Source: Eledone cirrhosa
Taxonomy: Eukaryota
Assembly (NCBI GenBank): GCA_964016885.1
Contig: OZ024756.1
Coordinates: 4,712,001 to 4,776,000, forward strand
DNA length: 64,000 bases
Direction: 5' to 3'
The translations under genes were made by a program, and so were the position numbers. The first letter of the stretch is position 1. Each line of letters starts with the position of its first letter. The notes beneath the pieces were generated by a model, which was not told the DNA's origin, did no database searches, and worked only from the letters and a program-made list of their open reading frames with translations. Shown here piece by piece: positions 1 through 10,565 of the stretch.

Positions 1-679
1 TGATGATTTATATAAATATATATAATATGACATTCGTTTGATTGATGTGAAGTTAGGTACTCTCGGGTCCCAAATAAGTGGGGAAGTATGTTGGAAGTAT
101 GTTGGTAATTTTTTTAGATTGTCTCCGTTGATTTTTTTTTAACCAGAATTAGTCGTTTAGTTTACATATTAAGTCCCCCCAACCCATCCTATTTATTTTA
201 TAATACATGGGATTTCTAGTAATATACTTTGGTTGTCATGTATAATGTTTTTTTAATGTCTAAAGAAAATTATTTGTTACAGGAATGCTACCACTTGAAA
301 TAAGATTTCGCTGCGGATAGATTAGCAAAAATTAATAAGCGGGGATTTTGAATAAGAGCGTGGGAGATAGTAAAAATTAGAAAAATTAGTAGGTGCACGT
401 GTGTGTGGAGCGGGGATTATTCGAGACCCGAGGGTACGTCATAAATTTGTCTAAAAATACAAATAAGATTTAAACCGCAATTTAAGTGTTTCCAGTGGGT
501 TTTTTTGTTTCTGATAATATTTTTATATGCAGAGCCGATACCTGGGTATTTAACGTCTTAGGCTAAATCTACAACATGCACCCGCTTCACAATATTATGC
601 ACCACCATTTCCCACATAAGATAATTCTAACTTACATTTTGATAAGCTGACAAACCTAGTTTTGTATATATATATATAT

Positions 680-1520
680 AATGTATAATAAACAATACAA
701 TATAATTACCTCATTACAAGAGGTTTCCCAAATAAGACGAATACGAAAAACGTCTTCATTCGTTCGTCGGACAAGGCATTTTAAAACATATTGAAATATT
801 TGAAAAATCTCCTCAAGAAAGGCAAAAGTTTAACGGGCAAAAAAATATATAAATAAAAGTAATGCAAGAGATATATACAAATAAAATAAGGAAATATAGT
901 TAGGGTATGTGTATAAATGTGTGTATATTCACTCACAAATGTACATATGTGTGTATGTACAAATGCATATGTATAGTGAAAAAATGTGTGCGTAAGAACA
1001 TATCTGAGGGCAAGCATATCAGTGTATATGTGACCACAAATACGTATATAATATATGTTGAAAAAGAAATTGTAAGATAATAGAGTTAACGTACATCCAG
1101 ACTCAGGTACTAAGGATTGACATATATACACATACAAGTATGAAAGCACGCGTATAAAAACACACACGCGCAACCCCATACATGCGAGTGATATATACAA
1201 GGAAGGGAGTGTATCAGTCAAAGCTGTGTCAGGCTGAAGGTCGATTCATGTATAAAAATGAAAAAATGAAAAGATATATGAGAATAAAAAATTAAATCAA
1301 AGAGAAAGTAAGTGGGAGGGGTTATCAATTATAAAGTAACACTAGAAAAAATAGAAAACAAACATAGTTTCGTACATACACATATATATAAAAATATATA
1401 TATAAATACGTACAGCCAAAAGCACATACATGCGTACATACATACAAAGGCGCGCACACATACACACGAAGCACATATATATATACGTACATGTACATCT
1501 AATCACACGCACGCACGCGG

Positions 1521-1557
<37 letters not shown>

Positions 1558-1580
1558 TATACATACACATACATATATGT

Positions 1581-1611
<31 letters not shown>

Positions 1612-2940
1612 CACACATATACATAAGTATGTAAAAAAAGTAGATATAAAAACACACATACACACACACATATATACACACACGCGCACATACGAATGCA
1701 TTCGTATACATATACAAACACGCATACACACACAAGCACGGTCACACGCATAGATACAATATAAAAACCAGCCGTATGAATAAATGAGTACAAATTATAC
1801 GCAAGTAAACACACATAAAGACGGCTGAGAGACAACAGAATATATCTGGAGTTGAAAACTCAAGTGACATGTGATATCAGGTAGTGAAAGAAAATGGGGA
1901 AGTAAAATATGTAAAATTGTGAAGATATAAAGTAAGTGAATCAAAAAGCAGGGGGGGGGGGGGTCACTGGTGGATGTGCAGTAAAAATAAAGTTAAAAAT
2001 AAAAATAAAAGTAAATCAGAAAGAGAAGTCTGTAAAGAGGGTAATTTAAGGAAAGTGAAGAACAGGAGTTTATGGAGGATAAGTATCTGAAAGTGAGTTA
2101 AGTTTATATGAGCTGGAAAGCAAGTGTGATTTCATGTGTGGGCAACTGGTGAAAAGTTCTGTTTTTGCATTTAGGCAGGTTTTTGGTGATTTACAGACTT
2201 CTCTTTCTGATTTACTTTTATTTTTATTTTTAACTTTATTTTTACTTCACATCCACCAGTGACCCCCCCCCCCTCCTGCTTTTTGATTCATATACTTTAT
2301 ATCTTCACAATTTTACATATTTTACTTCCCCCTTTTCTTTCACTACCTGATATTAAATGTCACTTGCAGATATATGCTGTTGTCTCTCAACCGCCTTTAT
2401 GTATGTTTACTTGCGTATAATTTGTACTCATTTATTCATACGGCTGGTTTTTATATTGTATCTATGCGTGTGAGCGTGCTTGTGTGTGTATGCGTGTTTG
2501 TATATGTATACGAATGCATTCGTATGTGCATGTACATGTACGTATATATATATGTGCTTCGTGTGTATGTATACGGGCCTTTGTATGTATGTACGCATGT
2601 ATGTGCTTTTGGCTGTACGTATTTATATATATATTTATATATATATATATGTGTATGTACGAAACTATGTTTGTTTTCTATTTTTTCTAGTGTTACTTTA
2701 TAATTGATAACCCCCCCCCCCCACACACACACACTTACTTTCTCTTTGATTTAATTTTTTATTCTCATATATTTTTTCATTTTTTTCATTTTTATACATG
2801 AATCGACCTTCAGCCTGACACTGCTTTGACTGATACACTCCCTTCCTTGTATATATCACTCGCATGTATGGGGTTGCGCGTGTGTGTGTGTTTATACGCG
2901 TGTTTTCATACTTGTTTGTGTATATATTTCAATCCTAAGT
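680..2940 (-). mobile_element. 5'-truncated Penelope-like element with inverted duplicate of its 3' UTR
   Basis: Arms ~1109-2036 and ~2190-2940 are reverse complements. The spacer reads CLNAKTELFTSCPHMKSHLLS on the minus strand, resembling the LNKRSEL..KCRH C-terminus of PLE ORFs. A hammerhead lies near the 3' end, and the element ends in (TA)n. Confidence 0.7.
708..777 (-). ncRNA. degenerate type I hammerhead ribozyme
   Basis: Minus strand reads ccttgt CCGACGA acgaatga...tatttgg GAAAC ctctt GTA atgagg. Homologous to the better-preserved copy at 39791-39862; core carries U4C. Confidence 0.6.
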
Positions 2941-3030
2941 GGTTAGAGAATTGGATTCACAATCTTGAGGTTGTGAGTTCAATTCCTGAACCGGGCGATG
3001 CGTTATGTCCTTGAGCAAGACACATTATTC
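2935..3030 (+). mobile_element. tRNA-derived SINE head
   Basis: A-box-like ctaagtggttaga, B-box gagttcaattcc, then gtccttgagcaagacac central-domain motif. Confidence 0.65.
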
Positions 3031-3147
3031 TTTCTGCCTGGAGTTGCCACCGATAGATAGTACTAGCAACTGGAAAGAACAACGGAAACATTGTTTCTTC
3101 GCTCCGATTTGACGAAAGTCGATCGATATATTATTATTATTATATAA

Positions 3148-3250
3148 GGGGGTGGAATGGTAGTATTGGCAGAGGGTCGGGCGCCATGCTTTGCAGCAAA
3201 GTGTTATGTACTGGCTAATTGTTGGTCTTGTGCCAAAAGTAGAAACAATT
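3148..3250 (+). mobile_element. internally deleted copy of the main SINE family
   Basis: Head ggtggaatggtagtattggcagag joined directly to tail gtcttgtgccaaaagtagaaacaatta, both matching full copies such as 50245-50438. Confidence 0.65.
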
Positions 3251-3278
3251 ATGTATATGTGTGTCCGTGTGTGTCCGT

Positions 3279-3309
<31 letters not shown>

Positions 3310-4309
3310 AGGGAGACAGACGTAATTATTTGTTGTAAAGTATTTGTGTCAAAAACATTTGATTGACCACTTTCTGATTGCTATATAGTTGTTGTTAAAG
3401 TTAGCTATACATCTGAAGGAATCTCAACGTTCCGATGTTCCTTCACTCTCAATGACGCCATTTTAGTCAGCCTTAAATATTTTAATTTAAACTCCTTTTC
3501 TATCCTTCTCTTCTTACAAAAGCTTCCCATATACATTGAGCACATCATGTATTTGTAACAGGAGTTAGAAACCTTTGTTTGGAGATGGGCCGGAATGGTA
3601 AAGTTTAAATTTTTTATAAGTGTTTGTTTCTGAATTGTGTTGACACATTCACGTCTCATCTTCAGGTATGACGGTAGCCAGGAACTTAGGATCCTTGCTG
3701 GCAGCATCGGGTGCAATAAAAAGGCGAGGAGTAGGAAATACAGCACCTCACACTCGCATCAATATCACCTTGGGACATATCCTCCACGTGTATGAGCCGT
3801 ACAAATGCCACAGTTTATCTAGTGTCGACAATTTGGTTCTGCAGCTGCACTTTTGTCGTCATGGTGAAGTATATATTTCTCACCATGCCACTTTGAATCA
3901 CACATATATTACTGGTATCACAGCCGGACATACTATTCAGGCCATCTAGGCACCAGCCCAGTATTAAGTCCTCAAAGAGGCCCGTTACTAAGTCTTAAAA
4001 ATCAGAGTTTTACACAAAAGAAACTTCGAAACAGTCAGTTTCCTTTCACAGCTGGAGTATGTTGGTCCTGGCCGCGGCGACGGTAACTGCCCAAAGCCTA
4101 ACATATTGGCTGATAATGCCCATTTAGAAATTATCTCTTTTGTAACAAGAAACAACCTTTCCCTTACCATATTTCTATTGAAATATACAGTCTATGATTT
4201 CAAAAATAATCAAGAATTTAGAGATATTTAGTAATATAGTAACTTAATTTGACATCATTATACCAACGTTTTCACATTATATTATGATGTAAGGATCTTT
4301 TAATAAATA

Positions 4310-4822
4310 TTAGTAGAATGACGCGGCGTTGCTCGGAATTTGCTCGGGATTTGCTCGGGTTTTTATATATTTGATATATATTTATCCTTATCGAGCCTCA
4401 TGAAATAAATACGTTTGTTTATATTTTGTTATTGTGTATGCAAAAATATCTGTACACGAATACATATATTAAAATAACAGATTAAAGTTTAGGAAAAGAA
4501 TCGCTGCTTTCACCCTTAACGGGATCTTTTGATATATACACACACTATATATACATATATACACACACACACAGATAGGGACGTCATAATGTCGTAATGC
4601 AGACAGCCAGACATACGGACAGATATTATAAGGGCGCAACGTTATAGCTATGTATCTATCTAAAAAGAAAGACTAAGAATTATAGAAAGAGATCGCTAAA
4701 ATGCGTAATGCGGTCCCTAAGACATTGAACATTTAAAATATTTTTTGCTCAAAACACTCACAGGCCGATAGGTATTACATGTGAAAAGTTTGAAAACATT
4801 CGGTTGGGTGTTTCTCGAGTTT
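4310..4822 (-). mobile_element. non-autonomous Helitron-like element (partial)
   Basis: Same sequence as 34630-35576 and 51177-52390; 3' end gagcaacgccgcgtcattcta-CTAA (mutated CTAG). Confidence 0.6.
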
Positions 4823-5173
4823 TCCCTTAACATATTTCTATTGAAATATACAGTATATGATTTCAAAAATAATCAAGAATTTAGAGATATTTAGTAATAT
4901 TTTGACATCATTATACCAAAGTTTTCAAATTGGATTATGATGTAAGGATCTGTTAATAAATACTAGCAGATTAATAGTTCTGTGACGTAGAACGGCGGCA
5001 AGAGTGATTTGGTTTGTTATCAAGAGTGTTTGTTATTCACTAAACCTGTTAATATGTGCGAAAGCATGTCAGGTGTATCATATTACAACTAGCCAATGTT
5101 TGGCGGACAGAACTAGTAATATTCGGTTTCTTTACCAAACTTTAACAAAGCTTAGTTAGTTGATATACACACA

Positions 5174-5174
<1 letters not shown>

Positions 5175-5226
<52 letters not shown>
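5175..5226 (+). repeat. (ATCT)n microsatellite flanking Tx1 copy 1
   Basis: Pure tetranucleotide run read directly. Confidence 0.95.
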
Positions 5227-5227
<1 letters not shown>

Positions 5228-7564
5228 AATCCCCGGGTCTCGATGGTCTTCCTTACGAATTATATCTAGCTATGCCGGACTTGTTCCCCGATCTCCTCGA
5301 GGTGGTCTACTGCAACTGGCAACAGAACGGGAGAATTCCCTGTACTGTGACCAAGGGCGTAGTCACGCTAGTGAGGAAGGACGAGAACAAGGGGGACAAA
5401 ATAAGTAACTTCAGGCCCATAACTCTGCTAAATACAGAGTTACAGATTTTGGCCAAGGTGCTAGCAAAGAGGTTGGCGCTTGTCGTGGGCAACCTGGTGG
5501 GAGATGCGCAGACATGCGCTATCCCGTCCAGGTCCATCCATGACAACCTCCACCTCATGCGATACATCATAGAGAGGGTTGGGAACGAACCCGGCTTTGG
5601 TGGGGCTCTGATCAACTTGGATCAATCTAAGGCGTTCGATAGGGTCGACCATGGTTACCTGGATGCGGTGCTAGCGGCGGCAGGCTTCGGACCCGTTTTC
5701 AGGGGCTGGATCACTGCTATGCACAGCAGCCGCATCTGCTCTAGGGTCAAGGTGAACGGCTACCTCTCGGAGCCGTTCAAAATCGCGCGGTCCATCCGAC
5801 AAGGGTGCCCTCTCTCCTCCCTTCTGTATGTGTTGACTCTCGAGCCACTACTGCGGAAGTTGGAGTTGTTGCAGGGCATCCCTTTGGAACCGGGATTGCG
5901 GAAAGCGGTGTCGGCCTACGCCGATGACGTGACAGTAATGGTGTCGACGGCCTCCGAAATCGAGGCGGTCGGCACCTTACTGGAGGAGTACGAAAAGTTC
6001 ACAGGGGCTAAGCTGAACCGGGACAAGTCGATCGGTTTGCAACTCGGCACGTGGAGGGGCAGACCGATGCCCTCCGATAGCGTCGTCGGACGCTGGACGG
6101 AGGGCCCGGTGAAGTTGCTCGGGGTCTGGTTCGGACCGGACCTCCAGGTGGAGAAAAACTGGGCGGAGGTTACGAACAGGGTGTTTGCACTGACCCAGAA
6201 GTGGGCCAGTTGCAAACTATCCCTGAAAGGTCGGGCGGAGGTGGCGAACACCTACATAGCGTCCGTCATCTACTACCGCCTGACCGTAGTGCCCTGCCCA
6301 AGGGAAACCCTCACTAAGATGGAGCGCGCGCTCTTGCAATTCCTTTGGAAGAGGCGGGCTCCTATGGTGAGGAGATCCATCTGCTGTCAACACCCTTCGA
6401 AAGGAGGGCTGGGGATGCCGTGGCTAATGATGCGTAAACACGCATTAAGGCTACGGCACCTCTACGTATTCCTCACCGGACAACCGGTGTGGGCCTCGTT
6501 TGTGAGACAAACCTTTCCCAGACTCGTCTCACTCACCGAGCTGCAATCCTGGGTCAAGCAAAGACCGAGAAAACTGGGCGCCTGGCACACTGAGTGTGCC
6601 CAGGCGCTCACCGCCCTCTGGCAGGCGGATCCGGTTATCAGTGGAGACTCCACCGCAACATTCTATAGAGGGCTGGTACGCAGCAGGTGCGACGACGCCC
6701 TCGGAGAAGCCCTAGACATGGAGGAGGACGAACTGGCCGGCCTGTTCGGTAGGACATTCAGCCCGGGACCTATGGACAACTTCCAGAAGTCCCTGGCCTG
6801 GCAGTGCTACCGAGGAGCTTTACCCGTTCGAGAAAGGCTCTACAGACACGGGCGCCCGGGTAGGGACCCCGCCAAAAAGATCTGTCCCAGATGCGTGTGC
6901 GACGAGGAAACCGTTGCACACGCATTGGTACACTGCTCGGGCGTAGCCGATCTGTGGGGCTATGTCGAACAACTGCTGTCAAGGGTGGGACCGATCCGGT
7001 TGACCACCGAGTCTATTGTAATGATCAAGCCGCCTCCCCCCTTCAAAGATGAAGCAGAGGCGGTGTTTCTGTGCGTAATAGCCATGGCGAAAGAGGTTGT
7101 ATGGTGGACGCGTCTGAAAGGACTGAGGTCAGGCACCTTTCTCTCTGGCCAACAACTGGTCCGTTTCTTCCGATATCATTTCGGAAGAAGGATCAGTATG
7201 GAGAGAGAGGTGCTGTACCCCAGCCGTTTCTATGAAAGATGGGTGAAAGTGGCGAGAATGGCCCGTGTGAATGGGCCTTCACTCTACATCAGACTATAGG
7301 TGAGGAAGATGAAAGACCAAGGGAGCACCCCTTCTCTGTGCTCCTGAGGAGAAGGGTTGCACACTTCTTTCGGGGGTGTGTGCAACCCCCCAAGGCGCCT
7401 CCTCTCTATTGAGGACTTTGTTATAAATTTTATTTTTTGTTATATTTTATTTTATTTTTATATATTGTTATTGCCTCCTCCTTATTGAGGACGCCTTTTT
7501 ATGTAAACTCCCCCCGTTGTACTTGTCCCACTTTTGATGCCCTGGTGGCAAATAAAAGAAACAT
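5227..7564 (+). mobile_element. Tx1/L1-clade LINE copy 1, 5'-truncated
   Basis: Starts at KSPGLDG, has RT and 3' UTR, ends AATAAAAGAAACAT followed by ATCT. Nearly identical to copy 2. Confidence 0.92.
5272..7299 (+). CDS. truncated ORF2: reverse transcriptase plus C-terminal zinc-binding motif
   Basis: Motifs FRPITLLN, DQSKAFDRV, RQGCPLS, YADD, GGLG and CPRC..ETVAHALVHC; endonuclease missing. Confidence 0.9.
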   Translation: MPDLFPDLLEVVYCNWQQNGRIPCTVTKGVVTLVRKDENKGDKISNFRPITLLNTELQILAKVLAKRLALVVGNLVGDAQTCAIPSRSIHDNLHLMRYIIERVGNEPGFGGALINLDQSKAFDRVDHGYLDAVLAAAGFGPVFRGWITAMHSSRICSRVKVNGYLSEPFKIARSIRQGCPLSSLLYVLTLEPLLRKLELLQGIPLEPGLRKAVSAYADDVTVMVSTASEIEAVGTLLEEYEKFTGAKLNRDKSIGLQLGTWRGRPMPSDSVVGRWTEGPVKLLGVWFGPDLQVEKNWAEVTNRVFALTQKWASCKLSLKGRAEVANTYIASVIYYRLTVVPCPRETLTKMERALLQFLWKRRAPMVRRSICCQHPSKGGLGMPWLMMRKHALRLRHLYVFLTGQPVWASFVRQTFPRLVSLTELQSWVKQRPRKLGAWHTECAQALTALWQADPVISGDSTATFYRGLVRSRCDDALGEALDMEEDELAGLFGRTFSPGPMDNFQKSLAWQCYRGALPVRERLYRHGRPGRDPAKKICPRCVCDEETVAHALVHCSGVADLWGYVEQLLSRVGPIRLTTESIVMIKPPPPFKDEAEAVFLCVIAMAKEVVWWTRLKGLRSGTFLSGQQLVRFFRYHFGRRISMEREVLYPSRFYERWVKVARMARVNGPSLYIRL

Positions 7565-7568
7565 ATCT

Positions 7569-10469
7569 AAGGAACGGTTGACTGGAGCGATCGTCAACAG
7601 CAGGTGGTGGGTATCTCTAAAGAGAGAGATTAGAGTAGTCTCGATAGAATTTAGTAAGGTTCTAGCTGCGGATAGGAATAGGAAGGAAAGGGAGCTAATA
7701 GATAGAGTAGAAGAGGCAATTAGAAGCGGCGACGTGGCCAGAGTGCTAGCGTCGAGAACGGCTTTGAGCCAGTTTTTCGACGCGAAGCACGAAGGCTGCG
7801 TTGTCCGAAGTAAAATACGTGCTCTAGGGAACGAGGGGACCAAAGCTGTTAGCTGGGCCCGCGTGACAGAGGCCAACAGTGGAACTAAATCCACCATCCG
7901 GTCTTTGCGAGACCTGGATGGACGGGCGATTCTTGAGCCTGAGCAGATGTGTGAGGCCTTTCAAAGGCACTTTGCCCGACTGTTCGGGAGGGGCGGGGAG
8001 CCGGTTGGGAACGTGGACTTCGGTCCATACCTCGACGGCCTGCCGCGCCTCTCGGACAGGGAGGCGAAGTCCTGCGAGGAGCCGATTTCGGCCGCTGAGA
8101 TAGAGGACGTGCTGAGCCAATGCGGCAAACGCAAATCCCCGGGTCTCGATGGTCTTCCTTACGAATTATATCTAGCTATGCCGGACTTGTTCCCCGATCT
8201 CCTCGAGGCGGTCTACTGCAACTGGCAACAGAACGGGAGAATTCCCTGTACTGTGACCAAGGGCGTAGTCACGCTAGTGAGGAAGGACGAGAACAAGGGG
8301 GACGAAATAAGTAACTTCAGGCCCATAACACTGCTAAATACAGAGTTACAGATTTTGGCCAAGGTGCTAGCAAAGAGGTTGGCGCTTGTCGTGGGCAACC
8401 TGGTGGGAGATGCGCAGACATGCGCTATCCCGTCCAGGTCCATCCATGACAACCTCCACCTCATGCGATACATCATAGAGAGGGTTGGGAACGAACCCGG
8501 CTTTGGTGGGGCTCTGATCAACTTGGATCAATCTAAGGCGTTCGATAGGGTCGACCATGGTTACCTGGATGCGGTGCTAGCAGCGGCAGGCTTCGGACCC
8601 GTTTTCAGGGGCTGGATCACTGCTATGCACAGCGGCCGCATCTGCTCTAGGGTCAAGGTGAACGGCTACCTCTCGGAGCCGTTCCAAATCGCGCGGTCCA
8701 TCCGACAAGGGTGCCCTCTCTCCTCCCTTCTGTATGTGTTGACTCTCGAGCCACTACTGCGGAAGTTGGAGTTGTTGCAGGGCATCCCCTTGGAACCGGG
8801 ATTGCGGAAAGCGGTGTCGGCCTACGCCGATGACGTGACAGTAATGGTGTCGACGGCCTCCGAAATCGAGGCGGTCGGCACCTTACTGGAGGAGTACGAA
8901 AGGTTCACAGGGGCTAAGCTGAACCGGGACAAGTCGATCGGTTTGCAACTCGGCACGTGGAGGGGCAGACCGATGCCCTCCGATAGCGTCGTCGGACGCT
9001 GGACGGAGGGCCCGGTGAAGTTGCTCGGGGTCTGGTTCGGACCGGACCTCCAGGTGGAGAAAAACTGGGCGGAGGTTACGAACAGGGTGTTTGCACTGAC
9101 CCAGAAGTGGGCCAGTTGCAAACTATCCCTGAAAGGTCGGGCGGAAGTGGCGAACACCTACATAGCGTCCGTCATCTACTACCGCCTGACCGTAGTGCCC
9201 TGCCCAAGGGAAACCCTCACCAAGATGGAGCGCGCGCTCTTCCAATTCCTTTGGAAGAGGCGGGCTCCTATGGTGAGGAGATCCATCTGCTGTCAACACC
9301 CTTCGAAAGGAGGGCTGGGGATGCCGTGGCTAATGATGCGTAAACACGCATTAATGCTACGGCACCTCTACGTATTCCTCACCGGACAACCGGTGTGGGC
9401 CTCGTTTGTGAGACGAACCTTTCCCAGACTCGTCTCACTCACCGAGCTGCAATCCTGGGTCAAGCAAAGACCGAGAAAACTGGGCGCCTGGCACACAGAG
9501 TGTGCCCAGGCGCTCACCGCCCTCTGGCAGGCGGATCCGGTTATCAGTGGAGACTCCACCGCAACATTCTATAGAGGGCTGGTACGCAGCAGGTGCGACG
9601 ACGCCCTCGGAGAAGCCCTAGACATGGAGGAGGACGAACTGGCCAGCCTGTTCGGTAGGACATTCAGCCCAGGACCTATGGACAACTTCCAGAAGTCCCT
9701 GGCCTGGCAGTGCTACCGAGGGGCTTTACCCGTTCGAGAAAGGCTCTACAGACACGGGCGCCCGGGTAGGGACCCCGCCAAAAAGATCTGTCCCAGATGC
9801 GTGTGCGACGAGGAAACCGTTGCACACGCATTGGTACACTGCTCGGGCGTAGCCGATCTGTGGGGCTATGTCGAACAACTGCTGTCAAGGGTGGGACCGA
9901 TCCGGTTGACCACCGAGTCTATTGTAATGATCAAGCCGCCTCCCCCCTTCAAAGATGAAGCAGAGGCGGTGTTTCTGTGCGTAATAGCCATGGCGAAAGA
10001 GGTTGTATGGTGGACGCGTCTGAAAGGACTGAGGTCAGGCACCTTTCTCTCTGGCCAACAACTGGTCCGTTTCTTCCGATATCATTTCGGAAGAAGGATC
10101 AGGATGGAGAGAGAGGTGCTGCACCCCAGCCGTTTCTATGAAAGATGGGTGAAAGTGGCGAGAATGGCCCGTGTGAATGGGCCTTCACTCTACATCAGAC
10201 TATAGGTGAGGAAGATGAAAGACCAAGGGAGCACCCCTTCTCTGTGCTCCTGAGGAGAAGGGTTGCACACTTTTTTCGGGGGTGTGTGCGACCCCCCAAG
10301 GCGCCTCCTCTCTATTGAGGATTTTGTTAAAAATTTTATTTTTTGTTATATCTTATTTTATTTTTATATTTTGTTATTGCCTCCTCCTTATTGAGGACGC
10401 CTTTTTGTGTAAACTCCCCCCTTTGTACTTGTCCCACTTTTGATGCCCTAGTGGCAAATAAAAGAAATA

Positions 10470-10470
<1 letters not shown>
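7569..10470 (+). mobile_element. Tx1/L1-clade LINE copy 2, 5'-truncated
   Basis: Begins just after the APE domain (ERLTGAIVNSRWW); RT frame open to 10205; same 3' UTR followed by (ATCT)n. Confidence 0.92.
7572..10205 (+). CDS. truncated ORF2 (linker, RT, zinc-binding motif)
   Basis: Element-derived part of the 922-aa ORF; the first ~45 codons of that ORF come from the 3' UTR of copy 1. Confidence 0.88.
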   Translation, partial: ERLTGAIVNSRWWVSLKREIRVVSIEFSKVLAADRNRKERELIDRVEEAIRSGDVARVLASRTALSQFFDAKHEGCVVRSKIRALGNEGTKAVSWARVTEANSGTKSTIRSLRDLDGRAILEPEQMCEAFQRHFARLFGRGGEPVGNVDFGPYLDGLPRLSDREAKSCEEPISAAEIEDVLSQCGKRKSPGLDGLPYELYLAMPDLFPDLLEAVYCNWQQNGRIPCTVTKGVVTLVRKDENKGDEISNFRPITLLNTELQILAKVLAKRLALVVGNLVGDAQTCAIPSRSIHDNLHLMRYIIERVGNEPGFGGALINLDQSKAFDRVDHGYLDAVLAAAGFGPVFRGWITAMHSGRICSRVKVNGYLSEPFQIARSIRQGCPLSSLLYVLTLEPLLRKLELLQGIPLEPGLRKAVSAYADDVTVMVSTASEIEAVGTLLEEYERFTGAKLNRDKSIGLQLGTWRGRPMPSDSVVGRWTEGPVKLLGVWFGPDLQVEKNWAEVTNRVFALTQKWASCKLSLKGRAEVANTYIASVIYYRLTVVPCPRETLTKMERALFQFLWKRRAPMVRRSICCQHPSKGGLGMPWLMMRKHALMLRHLYVFLTGQPVWASFVRRTFPRLVSLTELQSWVKQRPRKLGAWHTECAQALTALWQADPVISGDSTATFYRGLVRSRCDDALGEALDMEEDELASLFGRTFSPGPMDNFQKSLAWQCYRGALPVRERLYRHGRPGRDPAKKICPRCVCDEETVAHALVHCSGVADLWGYVEQLLSRVGPIRLTTESIVMIKPPPPFKDEAEAVFLCVIAMAKEVVWWTRLKGLRSGTFLSGQQLVRFFRYHFGRRIRMEREVLHPSRFYERWVKVARMARVNGPSLYIRL

Positions 10471-10565
<95 letters not shown>
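10471..10565 (+). repeat. (ATCT)n microsatellite between Tx1 copies 2 and 3
   Basis: Pure tetranucleotide run read directly. Confidence 0.95.

Noticed and set aside
1-660. Decayed ORF, possibly a PLE N-terminus
   Set aside because: Many stops and no diagnostic motif.
2935-2995. tRNA gene
   Set aside because: A and B boxes are present, but there is no full cloverleaf and it runs into a SINE body.
7437-7571. Hydrophobic N-terminal extension on the 922-aa RT ORF
   Set aside because: It is the T-rich 3' UTR of copy 1 read in frame from a TTG across the tandem junction; the same text recurs at 10343.
5227-10470. Assembly false duplication of copies 1 and 2
   Set aside because: They have different 5' truncation points and scattered substitutions, fitting two recent insertions; read-level confirmation is still advisable.
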